DNA of 64,000 bases, from positions 25,420,001 through 25,484,000 of the forward strand of contig CM126232.1 of NCBI GenBank assembly GCA_052327205.1, read 5' to 3'. Shown one piece after another: positions 24,163 through 37,392 of this stretch. Every line of letters begins with the position of its first letter. Positions within the stretch are counted from its first letter, which is position 1. Made by a program: the position numbers and the translations under genes. Source of the stretch: Somniosus microcephalus. Lineage: Eukaryota. A model generated the notes under the pieces. The model made no database searches and was not told where the DNA came from. It saw only the letters and a program-made list of their open reading frames with translations.

Positions 24163-26142
24163 ATCATAGAATGGTTACAGCACGCAAGGCGGCCATTCGG
24201 CCCGTGCCAGCTCTCTGCAACAGCACTTCAGCTACTCCCACTCCCTTTCCCTGTAGGCCTGCAATTTTTTTCCTTCAGGTACTTATCCAAATCCCTTTTG
24301 AAAGCTGTGATTGAGTCTGCCTCCCTTTCAGGCATTTCATTCCAGATCCTAACCACTCGCTGAGTAAAACAGTTTTTCCTCATGTTGCCTTTGATTCTTC
24401 TGCCAATCACCTTAAATCTGTGTCCTCTAGTCCTCGACCCTTCTGCCAATGGGAACAGTTTCTCTCTGTCTGCTCTGTCTAGACCCCTCATGATTTTGAA
24501 CACCTCTATCAAATCTCCTCTCAATCTTCTCTGCTCTAAGGAGAACAACCCCAGCTTCTCCAGTCTATCCACATAACTTAAGTCCTTCATTCCTAGAATC
24601 ATTCTGCACCCTCTCTAAGGCCTTCACATATTTCCTAAAGTGCGGTGCCCAGAATTAGACACAATACTCCAGTTGTGGCCGAACCAGTGTTTTATACAGG
24701 TTCTTCATAACTTCCTTGCTTTTGTACTCTATACCTCTATTCATGAAGCCCAGGATCCCGTAAGCTTTTTTAAATGCTTTCTCAACCTGCCCTGCCACCT
24801 TCAACGATTTGTGCACACATACCCCATGGTCTCTCTCTTCATGAACCCCCTTTAGGATTGCACCATTTAGTTTATATTTCCTTGTTTCATTCTTTCTACC
24901 AAAATGTATCACTTTACACTTTTCTGCGTTAAATTTCATCTGCCACGTGTCCGCCCATTCCACCAGCCTGTCTATGTCCTCTTGAAGTCTATCACTATCC
25001 TCCTCACTGTTCACTATACTTCCAAGTTTTGTTCCATCTGCAAATTTTGAAATTGTGCCCTGTACACTCACATTCAAGTCATTAATATATATCAAAAAAA
25101 GCAGTGGTCCTAGAACCAACCCCTGGGGAACGCCACTGTATTTTCCTCCAGTCCAAAAAACAACCGTTCACCACTACTCTCTGTTTCCTGTCACTCAGCC
25201 AATTTTGTATCCATGCTGCCACTGTCCCTTTTATTCCATGGGCTTCAACTTTGCTGGAAAGCCTATTATGTGGCACTTTGTCGAACGCCTTTTGGAAATC
25301 CATGTACACCACGTCAACCCTCTGTTACCTCATCAAAGAATTCGAGCAAGTTGGTTAAACACGATTTGCCTTTAACAAATCCGTGCTGACTTCCTTAATT
25401 AATCCACACTTGTCCAAGTGAGTGTTAATTTTGTCCCTGATTATTGTTTCTAAAAGCTTCCCCACTACTGAAGTTAAACTGACTGGCCTGTAGTTGCTGG
25501 GTTTATCCTTACACCCTTTTTTGAACAAGGGTGTAACATTTGCAATTCTCCAGTCCTCTGGCACCACCCCCGTTTCTAAGGAGGATCGGAAGATTATGGT
25601 CAGTACCTCCGCAATTTCTTCCTTCATTTCCCTCAGCGTCCTAGGATGCATCCCATTTGGTCCTGGTGACTTATCTACTTTAAGTACAGCCAGCCTTTCT
25701 AGTACCTCCTCTTCATCAATTTTTATCCCATCCAGTATCGCCGCTACCTCATCCTTCACTACGTCTATGGCAACATCTTCTTCCTTGGTGAAGGCAGATG
25801 CAAAGTAATCATTTAGCACCTCAATCATACCCTCTGCCTCCATGTGTAGGTCTCCTTTTGGTCCCCCATCGGCCCCACCCCTCCTCTTACTACCCGTTTA
25901 CTACTTATATGCCGATAGAAGACTTTTGGATTACTTTTTATGTTAGCTGCCATTTTATTCTCATACCCTCTCTTTGCCCCTCTTATTTTCTTTTTCACTT
26001 CTCCTCTGAACTTTCTATATTTAGCCAGATTCTCGGATGTATTCTCGACCTGACATCTGTCATACGCGCTCTTTTTCTGCTTCATCTTACTCTCTAGCGT
26101 CATCAAGGGAGCTCTGACTTTAGTTGCCCTACCTTTCCCCCT
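24163..26142 (-). mobile_element. CR1 LINE, about 2 kb 5'-truncated, frameshifted RT
   Basis: KSPGPNGMHPR, WRIANVTPLFKKG, NYRPVSLTS, YMDFQKAFDKVPH, LGPLLFLIYINDL, KFADGTKL, RPQLEYCV in several frames. Confidence 0.95.
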
Positions 26143-26944
26143 AGTGATCGATGTGGCAGGCATTTGCCCACATTGGCTAAGCTCCATGAGAATGAATGAG
26201 AACATCTAATGTGAATGGAGCCAGGAACGCAAGTACCAAAGTACAGCATTGCTAAGTGGTGGGACACAGTTCAATCACACGCTTCACCGAATTACCAATC
26301 TCATCATGCGAGTACTGAGAAAGAGGCGGGGGGGGGGGGGGGTGCGGAATAAGATGGCTAGAATCTACCAAGCTATTTGTGTGCCTCCTGCCATGTGGTC
26401 CAAACAATAACTGCAGCATCCTGTCAACGGAGAGGGTTGGCTGAGCCCAGCTTATCTTCAGCCAATGTCAACACATGCTCACCGCCCAGGAGAGGGTCAC
26501 CGGATAGCACCAAGAACAGGAACCAGCGCTGATTTATTCCTTCTCTAGTCCAGGAGGTGCTGAGGGCAATTGCAGCACCTTTACTGGGCGAGACTAGATG
26601 CAAGTTTAATATTTTGAATTTGAAGTTCAACTTTTTCTACTCCCCCTGCTCCCTCCACACCCCAGTAATGATCCATTCTGTGAGTAATCAGCCTGTGCTC
26701 TCACTGGTGATAAAGCGCTGAGAAAAGTTAAACAGGAATCTCCACAATAAATGACGTTTCACAAATCTCTTTGTCTGTCACACACGTCGTCTTTCATACA
26801 CCAAAGGTAGCTGGTCAGCTGTAGTGGCATCGCTCAACTGCTGTGGCATCAGGCAAATAGAAATGTAGCTTCAGTGAGAACCCCACTGTAACAGGGTGCA
26901 ATGCCAGTCAGTGACAGACTACAGTGCCAAGGTATTGCAGTATT

Positions 26945-28228
26945 GTCAGTCAGTGACAGTCCCTGTGTAATGGGGTGTTGTGTCAGTCAGGGACAGTCCC
27001 TGTGTAATGGGGTGTTGTGTCAGTCAGGGACAGTCCCTGTGTAATGGGGTGTTGTGTCAGGGACAGTCCCTGTGTAATGGGGTGTTGTGTCAGGGACAGT
27101 CCCTGTGTAATGGGGTGTTGTGTCAGTCAGGGACAGTCCCTGTGTAATGGGGTGTTGTGTCAGGGACAGTCCCTGTGTAATGGGGTGTTGTGTCAGGGAC
27201 AGTCCCTGTGTAATGGGGTGTCGTGTCAGGGACAGTCCCTGTGTAATGGGGTGTTGTGTCAGGGACAGTCCCCGTGTAATGGGGTGTTGTGTCAGTCAGG
27301 GACAGTCCCTGTGTAATGGGGTGTTGTGTCAGGGACAGTCCCTGTGTAATGGGGAGTCGTGTCAGGGACAGTCCCCGTGTAATGGGGTGTTGTGTCAGGG
27401 ACAGTCCCTGTGTAATGGGGTGTTGTGTCAGTCAGGGACAGTCCCTGTGTAATGGGGTGTTGTGTCAGGGACAGTCCCTGTGTAATGGGGTGTCGTGTCA
27501 GGGACAGTCCCTGTGTAATGGGGTGTTGTGTCAGTCAGGGACAGTCCCTGTGTAATGGGGTGTTGTGTCAGGGGCAGTCCCTGTGTAATGGGGTGTTGTG
27601 TCAGGGACAGTCCCCGTGTAATGGGGTGTTGTGTCAGGGACAGTCCCTGTGTAATGGGGTGTTGTGTCAGTCAGGGACAGTCCCTGTGTAATGGGGTGTT
27701 GTGTCAGGGACAGTCCCTGTGTAATGGGGTGTTGTGTCAGGGACAGTCCCTGTGTAATGGGGTGTTGTGTCAGGGACAGTCCCTGTGTAATGGGGTGTTG
27801 TGTCAGGGACAGTCCCTGTGTAATGGGGTGTTGTGTCAGGGACAGTCCTTGTGTAATGGGGTGTTGTGTCAGGGACAGTCCCTGTGTAATGGGGTGTTGT
27901 GTCAGGGACAGTCCCTGTGTAATGGGGTGTTGTGTCAGGGACAGTCCCCGTGTAATGGGGTGTTGTGTCAGTCAGGGACAGTCCCTGTGTAATGGGGTGT
28001 TGTGTCAGGGACAGTCCCTGTGTAATGGGGTGTTGTGTCAGGGACAGTCCCTGTGTAATGAGGTGTTGTGTCAGGGACAGTCCCTGTGTAATGGGGTGTT
28101 GTGTCAGGGACAGTCCCTGTGTAATGGGGTGTTGTGTTAGGGACAGTCCTTGTGTAATGGGGTGTTGTGTCAGGGACAGTCCCTGTGTAATGGGGTGTTG
28201 TGTCAGGGACAGTCCCCATGTAATGGGG
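26945..28228. repeat. Minisatellite, 33-bp unit (37-bp variant) cagggacagtccctgtgtaatggggtgttgtgt
   Basis: Roughly 37 near-identical units. Confidence 0.97.
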
Positions 28229-28239
28229 AGCAAGAATAA

Positions 28240-28465
28240 AAAAATAAGCTGGCAAATGCTAGAAATCCAAAATAAAAAGCAAAATTACTAGAGATCTCCA
28301 GATCGTCTGTCAGCATCTAGGACTTGAAAAGAAAGACTGGTTAACTTTTCGGGTTGGGGCCTACATCCATAGGCTCGTTGTGAGGAGAGTCATCTACTCG
28401 AAAAGTTAAAGAGTCTATTTTTTCCCTCTGGTCAGATGCTGATGGATTGCTGCGCATATCCTGCT
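28240..28465. mobile_element. Degenerate head-to-head pair of Penelope pLTR units
   Basis: ttaacttttcgggt vs actcgaaaagttaa; cagcatct vs agatgctg; both hammerhead cores broken. Confidence 0.55.
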
Positions 28466-28683
28466 TTTAGAACAGGTGGGATGTGAGTAAATGACAATGA
28501 ATCTGTCTAAACCACTGCAATTCTTGAAGAAAGCAGACAGTTTGCAGAATTAGATACACTCACAACGCCCTTGAATAGACTCGAAGCCGTCGGGATTTTG
28601 CGTCACCTTCTTCCCGCTCCCACTTCAGACTAATTGAGTGAATGTGTGTGACGAAGGGCTGCTGAATCATCGCCAACACTTAC

Positions 28684-28779
28684 CATCAGCTGAAAGAAAA
28701 ACCAGGCCTGCTGCAAGGCTGCCTCTCGCACGGTGCTGGTGCTGACGACCCACTGCAAGGCCAGCTCCTCGTGGAGCAG
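28684..28779 (-). CDS. DOCK6: DOCK6 exon [32 protein letters not shown]
   Basis: 96 nt, tag/gtaagt. Confidence 0.96.
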
Positions 28780-28878
28780 CTACACAATACAAACAACAGT
28801 TACTACACTGAAGAGACCAGTTGAAAAAGATACATACATCATTTATTCATTGATTAAAAGCAGGATGTTAACTCAAGT

Positions 28879-29343
28879 GTGAACCGTGGCTCCGTGGGCA
28901 GCACTCTCTCTCGCCTCTGAGTCAGAAGGTTGTGGGATCAAGTCCCACTCCAGAGACTTGAGCACAAAAATCTAGGCTGACACTCCCAGTGCGGTGCTGA
29001 GGGAGCGCTGCACTGTCGGAAGTGCCGTCTTTCAGATGAGACGTTAAACCTCAGCTGCTCTCAGGCGGACGTAAAAGATCCCAGGGCACTATTTCGAAAA
29101 GAAGTTGGGGAATTCTCCCCGGTGTCCTGGGCCAATATTTATCCCTCAATCACCATCACTAAAACTGATTATCTGGTCATTATCACATTGCTGTTTGTGG
29201 GAGCTTGCTGTGCACAAATTGGCTGCCGCTTTCTCTACATTACAACAGTGACTGCACTTCAAAAAGTACCTCATTGGCTGTAAAGCGCTTTGGGACTTCC
29301 GGTGGTCATGAAAAGCGCTATAGAAATGCAAGTCTTTCTTTTT
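28879..29343 (+). mobile_element. SacSINE1-like DeuSINE, full length
   Basis: tRNA head, gatgagacgttaaac..aaagatccc..ggtgtcctgggccaatatttatccctc core, gcgctatagaaatgcaagtctttc tail. Confidence 0.9.
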
Positions 29344-30636
29344 TCCCCCCAACAGAGGCCATCCTTTGGTACAGATCCAAAACAGCCTTAAAAATGCTGG
29401 GGCCTCTCAGCTGCAACTTTAAGCTGACAACTACACTCCAATCTGCAAAGTTCCCTGACCTCCGACTGGGTTTGCTTACAGCAATTTAGACTTTCTTGGC
29501 TTAAATGGGACAAACCAATTTACACACAGCTCCACCTCAGCAGCAGAATACTGCGTCGCCTGGTAGGATGTTCCTGCCATTATAAAACGCCGCATCACCG
29601 GACTTATTTTGTAAATACATTTTACAATTTATATTTCTTGAATATTTGGAGGGCCAGTCATTGGGACGGCTCCGAGACCCAAGTGAGTGCTGCTGGAAAA
29701 TGGTGCTTCTGTCCCTTCATCAAACCAGCACACTACTGGGCCGCAGTGGTGGGCGTTATATAAATGTAGCTGCCCCTGCAAGTATAAAGACCACCAAACA
29801 GTGATACGGAATGGGTGGACCCACAGTACTGAAATAGGAGCACTGCTCACCTGCATTCGAGATGTGGCTGATTAAAAAGAAAAGTTAAATATAAATATAT
29901 CTAACGGGTGTATCCAAATCTGAACATGCGGTGGAACACTGGCCTCCCATTAAGGAATCCATTAGGTCCTGTGGGGGAGTGTTGTACTCACATTCAGGAG
30001 ACCCACTAGCTGTTGCGCTGGAACACCGACTCCCACTCAAGGGGCTCAGGTTGGAGTTTGAATTCCGACAACTATTTTAACTCTGCTCTCCGCAGCTGGC
30101 GGATCGCCAGTTTTACAGGTGGGTGGAGGGAGCGCTGCGTGACGGCTTTGTTACATCTCGGGAACTGGCCAAACGATAAGCTCGGGTGGGATTTCCGAGT
30201 GACCTCCGTCACTTGTACTCAGGAGCAGTCACAGAGCGAAACAGTATAGTGCTGCAATAGGAGCACATGGGGGGGGGGGGGGAAGGATGAGACTAAAGAG
30301 GTCAGAGAGCATTTGGACATCAGAACCTCTCCTGTTCATCAGGCCAGTATAATCTTTGCCCTATGTCATTTGGAAACCAAAATACCTTCTTAATGGTCAT
30401 TTTAAATTGTGCGGATGCATCACCCTGACCTGAGCTCAGATCTATAATTGTCTGAAAGTGTCCCTCACAGCCCCGAGAGCATTTGGACAGTCACATTATT
30501 GAACTTACAGGAAAGCACTGGCTAAATATTTGGCAAGTACTCTCCTTACAAACCGTCACCATCTTAAACCTCACCATATGCAAGGGTATTCGTCACTTCG
30601 CCAATTTATTGCAAACCACAGACGTTTTTGGTCTAC

Positions 30637-30726
30637 CTTTTTTGTTGAAAATCTTGGTTGACCTTGTTGTGAATGAGTGAAGCCTTCCATAAATGCGGAC
30701 ATGCGGTTGGGACTCCGCTCATCTGC
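30637..30726 (-). CDS. DOCK6: DOCK6 cassette exon ADERSPNRMSAFMEGFTHSQQGQPRFSTKK
   Basis: 90 nt, phase 0-0, ctcatttcacag/gtagac; homologous to DOCK7 DRSCNRMSS...RLPTKK segment. Confidence 0.85.
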
Positions 30727-30975
30727 CTGTGAAATGAGGGGCGGGAGCAAGATGGCGTAGAACAGGTATTAGTGGATGGGGAAAAAATGAGATGGTGAGT
30801 ATAAGATAAACAGTCAGTATGAAACAGGAATGAGGGATGGAGATAACCCAGGCCCAATATATGCTTTCCTGCTGGTGTAATGCCAACAGAAGGCACTACT
30901 AAACTGATGAGCCGATTTTCATGGGGAGGATGTGGAGATTCTCTGACAGAGATGTTCCTGCTTTGTGTACATCTT

Positions 30976-31640
30976 GAACATTACACAGAAACAGGCCATT
31001 CAGCCCAACTGGTCTATGCCGGTGTTTATTCTCCACACGAGCCTCCTCCCACCCTACCTCCTCTAAACCTATCAGCATAACCTTCTATTCCTTTCTCACT
31101 TGTGTACTTATCCAGCTTCCTCTTAAATGTATCTGTGCTATTCGCCTCAACTACTCCCTGTGGTAGCGAGTTCCACATTCTAATCACTCTCTGGGTAAAC
31201 GCGTTTTCCTTAATTCCTTACTGGGTTTATTAGTGAATATCTTATATTTATGACCTCTAGTTTGGGATTCCCCCACAAGTAGAATCATCTCTATGTCTAC
31301 CCTATTAAACAAACCCCTTCATAATTTTAAAGACTTCTATGAGGTCACCCCTCAGCCTTCTCTTTTCAAGAGAAAAGAGCCCCAGCCTGTTCAATCTTTC
31401 CCGATAGGTATAACCTCCCAGTTCTGGTATCACCCTTGTAAATCTTTTTTTACACCTTCTCCCTCTATATCATTTTTGTAATATGGAGACCAGAATGATG
31501 CACAGTACTCCAAGTGTGGTCGAACCAAGGTTCGGTACCAGGATAACATTACCTCTCTTCTATTAAATTCGATTGCTCGAGAAATGAACCCACAGTGCTT
31601 TGCTTGCATTTTTTTTTATGGCCTTATTAACCTGCAGTGC
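30976..31640 (-). mobile_element. CR1 LINE 3' fragment
   Basis: CR1 tail plus cacagtactccaagtgtggtc (RPHLEYC reverse complement). Confidence 0.8.
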
Positions 31641-32550
31641 TACTCTGAATGAGTTGTGAAACAATCACCGACCATTGTTTATGGAATCTGAAACTATTAT
31701 TCCTGGCACACCCTGGTTTATAGGGATTGAACACCTGTCTCCAGGACTATACAGCCCTGTACAGGGATGCACAGATTCACTGACAGAATGGCATATGCTG
31801 GACTGCTGGGAGTTGGAGACGCACTCCAGTCCGTTGCAGGGTACGGCTCTGCTGCTCTCTTCCTATATTTTCTCTCACCGATATCATCCTTTACTCAATA
31901 ACAAGAGTCGAGGTTCGACTAGCTTGTTAGAGAGGCAAAAAGTTAATATCTCATAGGAGTTTCTATAACGCTCACCCATCCCCAGCCTGAATCAGAAGTA
32001 CACACTGGAACTAACACTACATTCAGGAGTACAGCAGCTACTGAACTGGTTTACCAGCCTGTTAAAATCATATTATTTGGAAATGACACCAGGTTCATGT
32101 TTGTGCATTCTCCCCATTCGAACCAAGTAACTCAGAGACTGGGAATTCTGATTCGACACAGATCCAGTTTGCCAGGCAATGTCAACTCTGGATCGTGACC
32201 CTGCTTGGTTTATGGTTTGCATATAGTTGAGCGATTGGGCAAATGGTACATCACAGAATGATGCTGAGACGAGGCTGGTGGATGTGGAGCTGCACCAGAT
32301 TGGCCTTAATTGGGTGGACAGAAGAAAGACGGCCTAGGGTTGGAATTGCGGCATTCTTTTCCTGAAGGCGCTGCCCCCATCACCTATCAGTGGAACGGAG
32401 GGAATGAAAACAAAACAAATGAATCAGATGTGATTTTTGGACTGCACTTGTCTGTCCCGGTAGAAAGTGGCAAAATGAGAAAGCAATCAATGTGTAGATT
32501 GATGATGATGCTTTGATGAATGCTTTAAGATGAAAACACCAGTTCTGCAC

Positions 32551-32655
32551 CTGCTTTAGATCACAGCTTGAATTGGGATGGTTTCTCCGCAAGACAGCCT
32601 TTGGCCCGCCGGGAGCGTAAGCAGAATTAACCCAGGAGTGAGAGCGATCGATCCC
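32551..32655 (-). CDS. DOCK6: DOCK6 cassette exon GIDRSHSWVNSAYAPGGPKAVLRRNHPNSSCDLKQ
   Basis: 105 nt, phase 0-0, cag/gtgcag; close to a recalled mammalian Dock6 alternative exon. Confidence 0.88.
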
Positions 32656-33499
32656 CTGGCAGGTAAAGGAGGCAGGACAAGGAGGAAACACAAAGTGTAA
32701 ACAAGAGTCTAGGTACAACAGTCATTCACAGTGAGAACAGGGGGCTCCCAGCAGGGATATCACGATACACCTTCCATCATGGATGTACGTAAAGAATGGC
32801 CAGGTTCATTTTGAATTCGCTCGAGAACCTCCTGCATCTCGTTTCTCCTGACCCAACTTACGCGCAGCGATTTGCCACATAGTGAAATACTAGAAAGTGA
32901 GCACCGATTTACATGTAACATCAAAATCCCAGCCAATAAACCACAATGAAAATACAGGATCTCTACTAATCTACGTGGCATCATTGGGAGTGCTGGGCAG
33001 ATAGCAGCAGAAGCCTGCCAGAATTAAAGCATTTGAAATTCATACATCCAAAAACGTATATAACCATTTAAAAGAAAACATTTTTGGAACAGGAATAGCC
33101 ATTAAGGCAAGCAAGCCTATTTCCTTTTTGTAGATCAATCCCATCTATCTATCCTCTTTCCGTACCTCTCTGTCTCTTCTCTGCAGAAACACATCTAGTT
33201 ATCGATTGAACCCATTTAGGCTGTCCTCGTCAACAGGTTTCCCAGTAACTTATTCCACAATTCGATTTCCCTTTGGGTGAGGACATTTGCCCCGGTTTCC
33301 CTCCTTGCTTCTAACTTCATTTTTACCCTATGTCCTCTGGGATTTATACCATTAACTGCAGTGCTCAAATTGCCTTGATTCATGTTTCATCTGGACTGGA
33401 GGTTTCATTGTATTCCACAGAGCTTGGTAACCTCGATCTGAATGGGTAGGGATGTTACAAGGTTCCAGACTAGAAAATGTCTGAGGCTGTAATCAACTA

Positions 33500-33822
33500 C
33501 AGGAAACTCTCGATTTACCAGCACCTAAATAACCGGAAATCTCGGTTAACCGGCAAAATTCAGGAGTAGGTTCAGGTAAGTTTTACTTCATATTAGTGGC
33601 AGTTCCTGGATCTGTGGCTGTGTAACTGGGGTTTGTGCACTTGTTGCTAAGCAACAGGGATATTTGGTCTGTGGCCGGGGTTCCTGCACCTGTTGCTAAG
33701 CAACAGGGAAGCCTGGATTTGTTGCTGTGTACGGAACTCTCGTACCTTTTACTATACCTCTCTAATCCAGACTTTTTGATAAACCGGCACCACGCTGGTG
33801 CCGGATAAAAAGGAATTTCCTG
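33500..33822. mobile_element. Tc1/mariner-type MITE (fourth copy, colinear with 6399-6754)
   Basis: caggaaactctcgatttacc..aatttcctg with TA flanks. Confidence 0.85.
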
Positions 33823-35824
33823 TAAATGGATAACGCAGGTTTTGGTTTCCTGATCTATTAGTATGTAAATCTAAGTAATAAGGAACGTTAACACATTCAG
33901 TGCAGTGGGATAGTAGACTGGGAAAGTAAGAGGGCTAGACGGCCAAGCTCTGATGGGGCAAATGGCCTTTCCTTGTCCTTGTCTGCTTCTATAATCTCAA
34001 ATTAAAATGAAATATCTAATTCCAATGTAATACTACACTAGTCTCTGTGTTCTGCTTTTATGCTCCCTCCCACTGTTCAGAAAGGATGTTCACTAGGATT
34101 TCAGTATTTCACTTACCCCCCCACCCCAGACTGGAGTACTTGGCTCAGCAGCAACATGAATCCAAATTTTTTCTAATTTTCTAAACCACTGATGAAACAG
34201 AGTCCGTAAAATCTTTTAAAAGGAAATGTGATTGTTTCTTGAAAAAGAAGAATGTTAAAAAGTATAGGGTGTGGGCAGGAGAGTGGGATTAGACTAGGTG
34301 GCTCACATCTAGGAAAACGCCAGAGACTTGATGGACCAAATGGCCGGTTTCCATGCTGTAACATACTATGATTCTAATCATAAAACACTAATCATGAAAT
34401 CTGAAAGACAGCTGGTCAGTAAATTTATAACTTCTCATTTTCATCTCAACTCCAATATCAAGATCTTAATTTGAACATGAATTGATGATAGAATGCTGTA
34501 CATCAGAGAACAGGCAATGTATTATCGTGATATCCCTCATTCCCAGAGCGGTCAATGTATCAAGGCTCAGTCCGTGGCCATCTTCCCACGTATGGACAAA
34601 CTTGCAGTCCCACCTGGGCACCCAGAACTGGCAGGTTGTCAGTAAAAGAAGGGCCACAGTTTTTTAAACCAGCAATGCCACCTTCTCTCCACGATTAAAC
34701 ACAATGTAACAATTAAGAATTTCAACATTGAGCCTTGAATGTTGACAGCCTGGAGACAGAAAGGTCAGAATTAAGCATCATTTGCAGCGTTCATTACCCC
34801 GTTCAGTGCTGGCTCATGTGAGGAATTCGCCCCAGTTGAAGATCACTTTGTTCAGGTACAGTCTGCACAACAAGCACACTGCAGAACAGAGCGCAATGGC
34901 TTCACTTCATCAGCAAAAGCTAACATCCAACATCTGGCTTACAACACCGGAGAAGATAACCACAAACACTGCACTCCTCTCAGCACACTGCTGCCTTTTA
35001 ACCCTACACAATACACGGGAACTTGACCTCATCGTTAGAAAACAAACGCTGAGACTACAATTTTAGTGGGCGTGGTTTTTTGTTTTTGCTTCCAGTGCAG
35101 CCCAGTCACCTGCAACATGCAACACCTTCGTGAAGAATTCAACCTTCAATCATTGAAAGGCATATGAAGTTACATGTGACATTGTTCCCGATAGAGTTTC
35201 ACAGTTCAGTAAATTCCTTTATCTTTTCGAATAAGACTATTAAATAAAAAGGTCATCCAAATTAACCAACTCATTCAACATCAGGACCAATCTGATCATT
35301 TCCTATTATTATTTTCCTACTAGTTATCAATATCCAATTTGCAGATTTCTCCTTTACCCCAAGATCTTTCACTTTACGATGTTGTAAGGTGCTTCGCCAA
35401 ATATTTCTGAATTTCAAGACACATAATATCTCCCCACACGACCACCAAACACTAATCTGGATATACCCTTAAAGAATTTCAAGACATTTATTAGACATGG
35501 CCTGCTTTCACCAGCCTGGCTGGCTTGCAATTATCATCTGTATTTTCTCTAATTACTTCCTTACAAACTGAGTCCAGAATGTTTATTAGTACAGATGCCA
35601 AATTAACCAGCTTATAATTCCCAGGGTCAGGTTGGAACAGAACCTTGACTTCCAGTACCGATCTGCAGTTAAGGAGCTGTGAAAAATGCCATTTCCTTTG
35701 GTGCCTCTGGCTTGGCTCCATCTGTTCCTATGGCTTTATGAATATTTAGTTCCATTTTCTTTTTAAAACAACCATTTCATCACTAAACTTTATTTTCTGG
35801 ATTAAACCAGAAAAATTAGTGTTC

Positions 35825-36182
35825 AACATAGAAGATAGGAGCAGGAGTAGGCCATTCGGCCCCTCGAGCCCGCGCCGCCATTCAATGCGATCATGGCTGA
35901 TCATCCAAACTCAGTACCCTGTCCCTGCTTTCTCCCCATATCCCTTGATCCCTTTAGCCTTAAGAAATATATCCAACTCCTTCTTGAATATATTTAATGG
36001 ATTGGCCTCAACTGCCTTCTGTGGTGGAGAATTCCACAGGTTCACCACTCTCTGGGTGAAGAAATTCCTCCTCATCTCTGTCCTAAATGGCATACCCTTT
36101 ATCCTTAGACTGTGACCCCTGGTTCTGGACTCCCCCGCCATCGGGAACATCCTTCCTGCATCTAGTCTGTCCAGTCCTGTCT
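35825..36182 (-). mobile_element. Young CR1 LINE 3' end
   Basis: ESRTRGHSLRIKG..RRNFFTQRVVNLWNS; highly similar to 39538-39890. Confidence 0.9.
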
Positions 36183-37392
36183 TAGACATTGCAACCTGAC
36201 GAAAACATGGGGCAGACAGTCTGAGTTTACACACAATATATTAAAATGTCTACAATCATCCATCGGGTCTCCACTTCAACAGCATTGTGACCCAACCCTC
36301 ACCCCTCGCCAAAATAGGTCCAGATGAAAACGAGCAGATGTTCTGTGAACACATCGGCATCGCATAAAAATCGGACTCCAATTCCCCTCTACCCCAAAAA
36401 CAGAAAAGCAACAGAACCTCCACAACCGTGATCCCTGCAACTCCTGAGCTGCTGAAGTGATCTCCGTGTTACAGCACTTACAGTAAAAGCTGCCGATGAG
36501 AGAGGATTGAATGTGTTGGGCTGCACAAGTACGGGGCCACAGAGCAAGCACAGAAGGGGCTAATAATCAGCCGTACTAAAATATCTTTAAAAAGAACCTG
36601 CAACCCTGTTGAAAAGCTTTCAAGAAATGAAGTAAACCACAAACAACACTGCACGTGTGGTCCTTGCTGTTTGTATTACAGCACTGCGCTGTTATCAGAA
36701 CAGATAACTCACCTTCCGTGTCCAACAATCAGAACTGGACCCCACCATCAATAAAAGAACTGAAAGCACGGACACTGGGTTACCCTCAATGATACCCCAA
36801 GTCTCTGTGACACAGATTGTCCTGCCCTCCTCCCAGGAATAGGGTGCAGGCATGCTGTGTGCTGCCAGTTACCCCCCCCACCACCCACCCAGAGACTCTG
36901 ATGCAGACAGCCTCTCTCCCCAGGATGCCATGAAGTGGGGATACCCTTCCCAAGACTCAGTGCCACCCTGATCTTTCTCTTACTTCTCCATCCCTCACGG
37001 AGACTTTGCGACGTGGGCACGCCCCATCCTCTCCAAAGACTGTCACACAGTCCTCCCCTTCCATGGTGGCGTTATAATGGCTTCCCTTATCGCAATATTC
37101 TTTTAAGTGGATTTACCACAGATTGGATAGCTGCGGATCAATCAATCCAGAACAGTGATATCTTCATGTAAATATCTGGTTGTCAAGATCCCTGTGTGAA
37201 GTCCATTATTCTAAAGTGACTCAGTTTTCCCCATCTGCATCATTACTGAAACATGTTCAACAGCGAGGACCCTACATGTAGCAGTGTTTATTGAGAAGAG
37301 TTTCTTGCTTCAAGCAACACAGGTCATTTAAATCAGCGAAAAGCAAAACAATCCTTAAACAGAAAGCAGTACAAAGCCTTTAGGGTCAGAGG

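Noticed and set aside
24163-26142. Active CR1 element
   Set aside because: 5'-truncated, multiple frameshifts, and FADD mutated to FADG.
26945-28228. CRISPR-like array (palindromic ~33-bp repeats)
   Set aside because: No unique spacers, no cas genes, vertebrate intron; it is a minisatellite.
34860-34862. Possible 3-nt microexon after a UGC-rich acceptor
   Set aside because: Donor gtacct is very weak and there is no supporting evidence.
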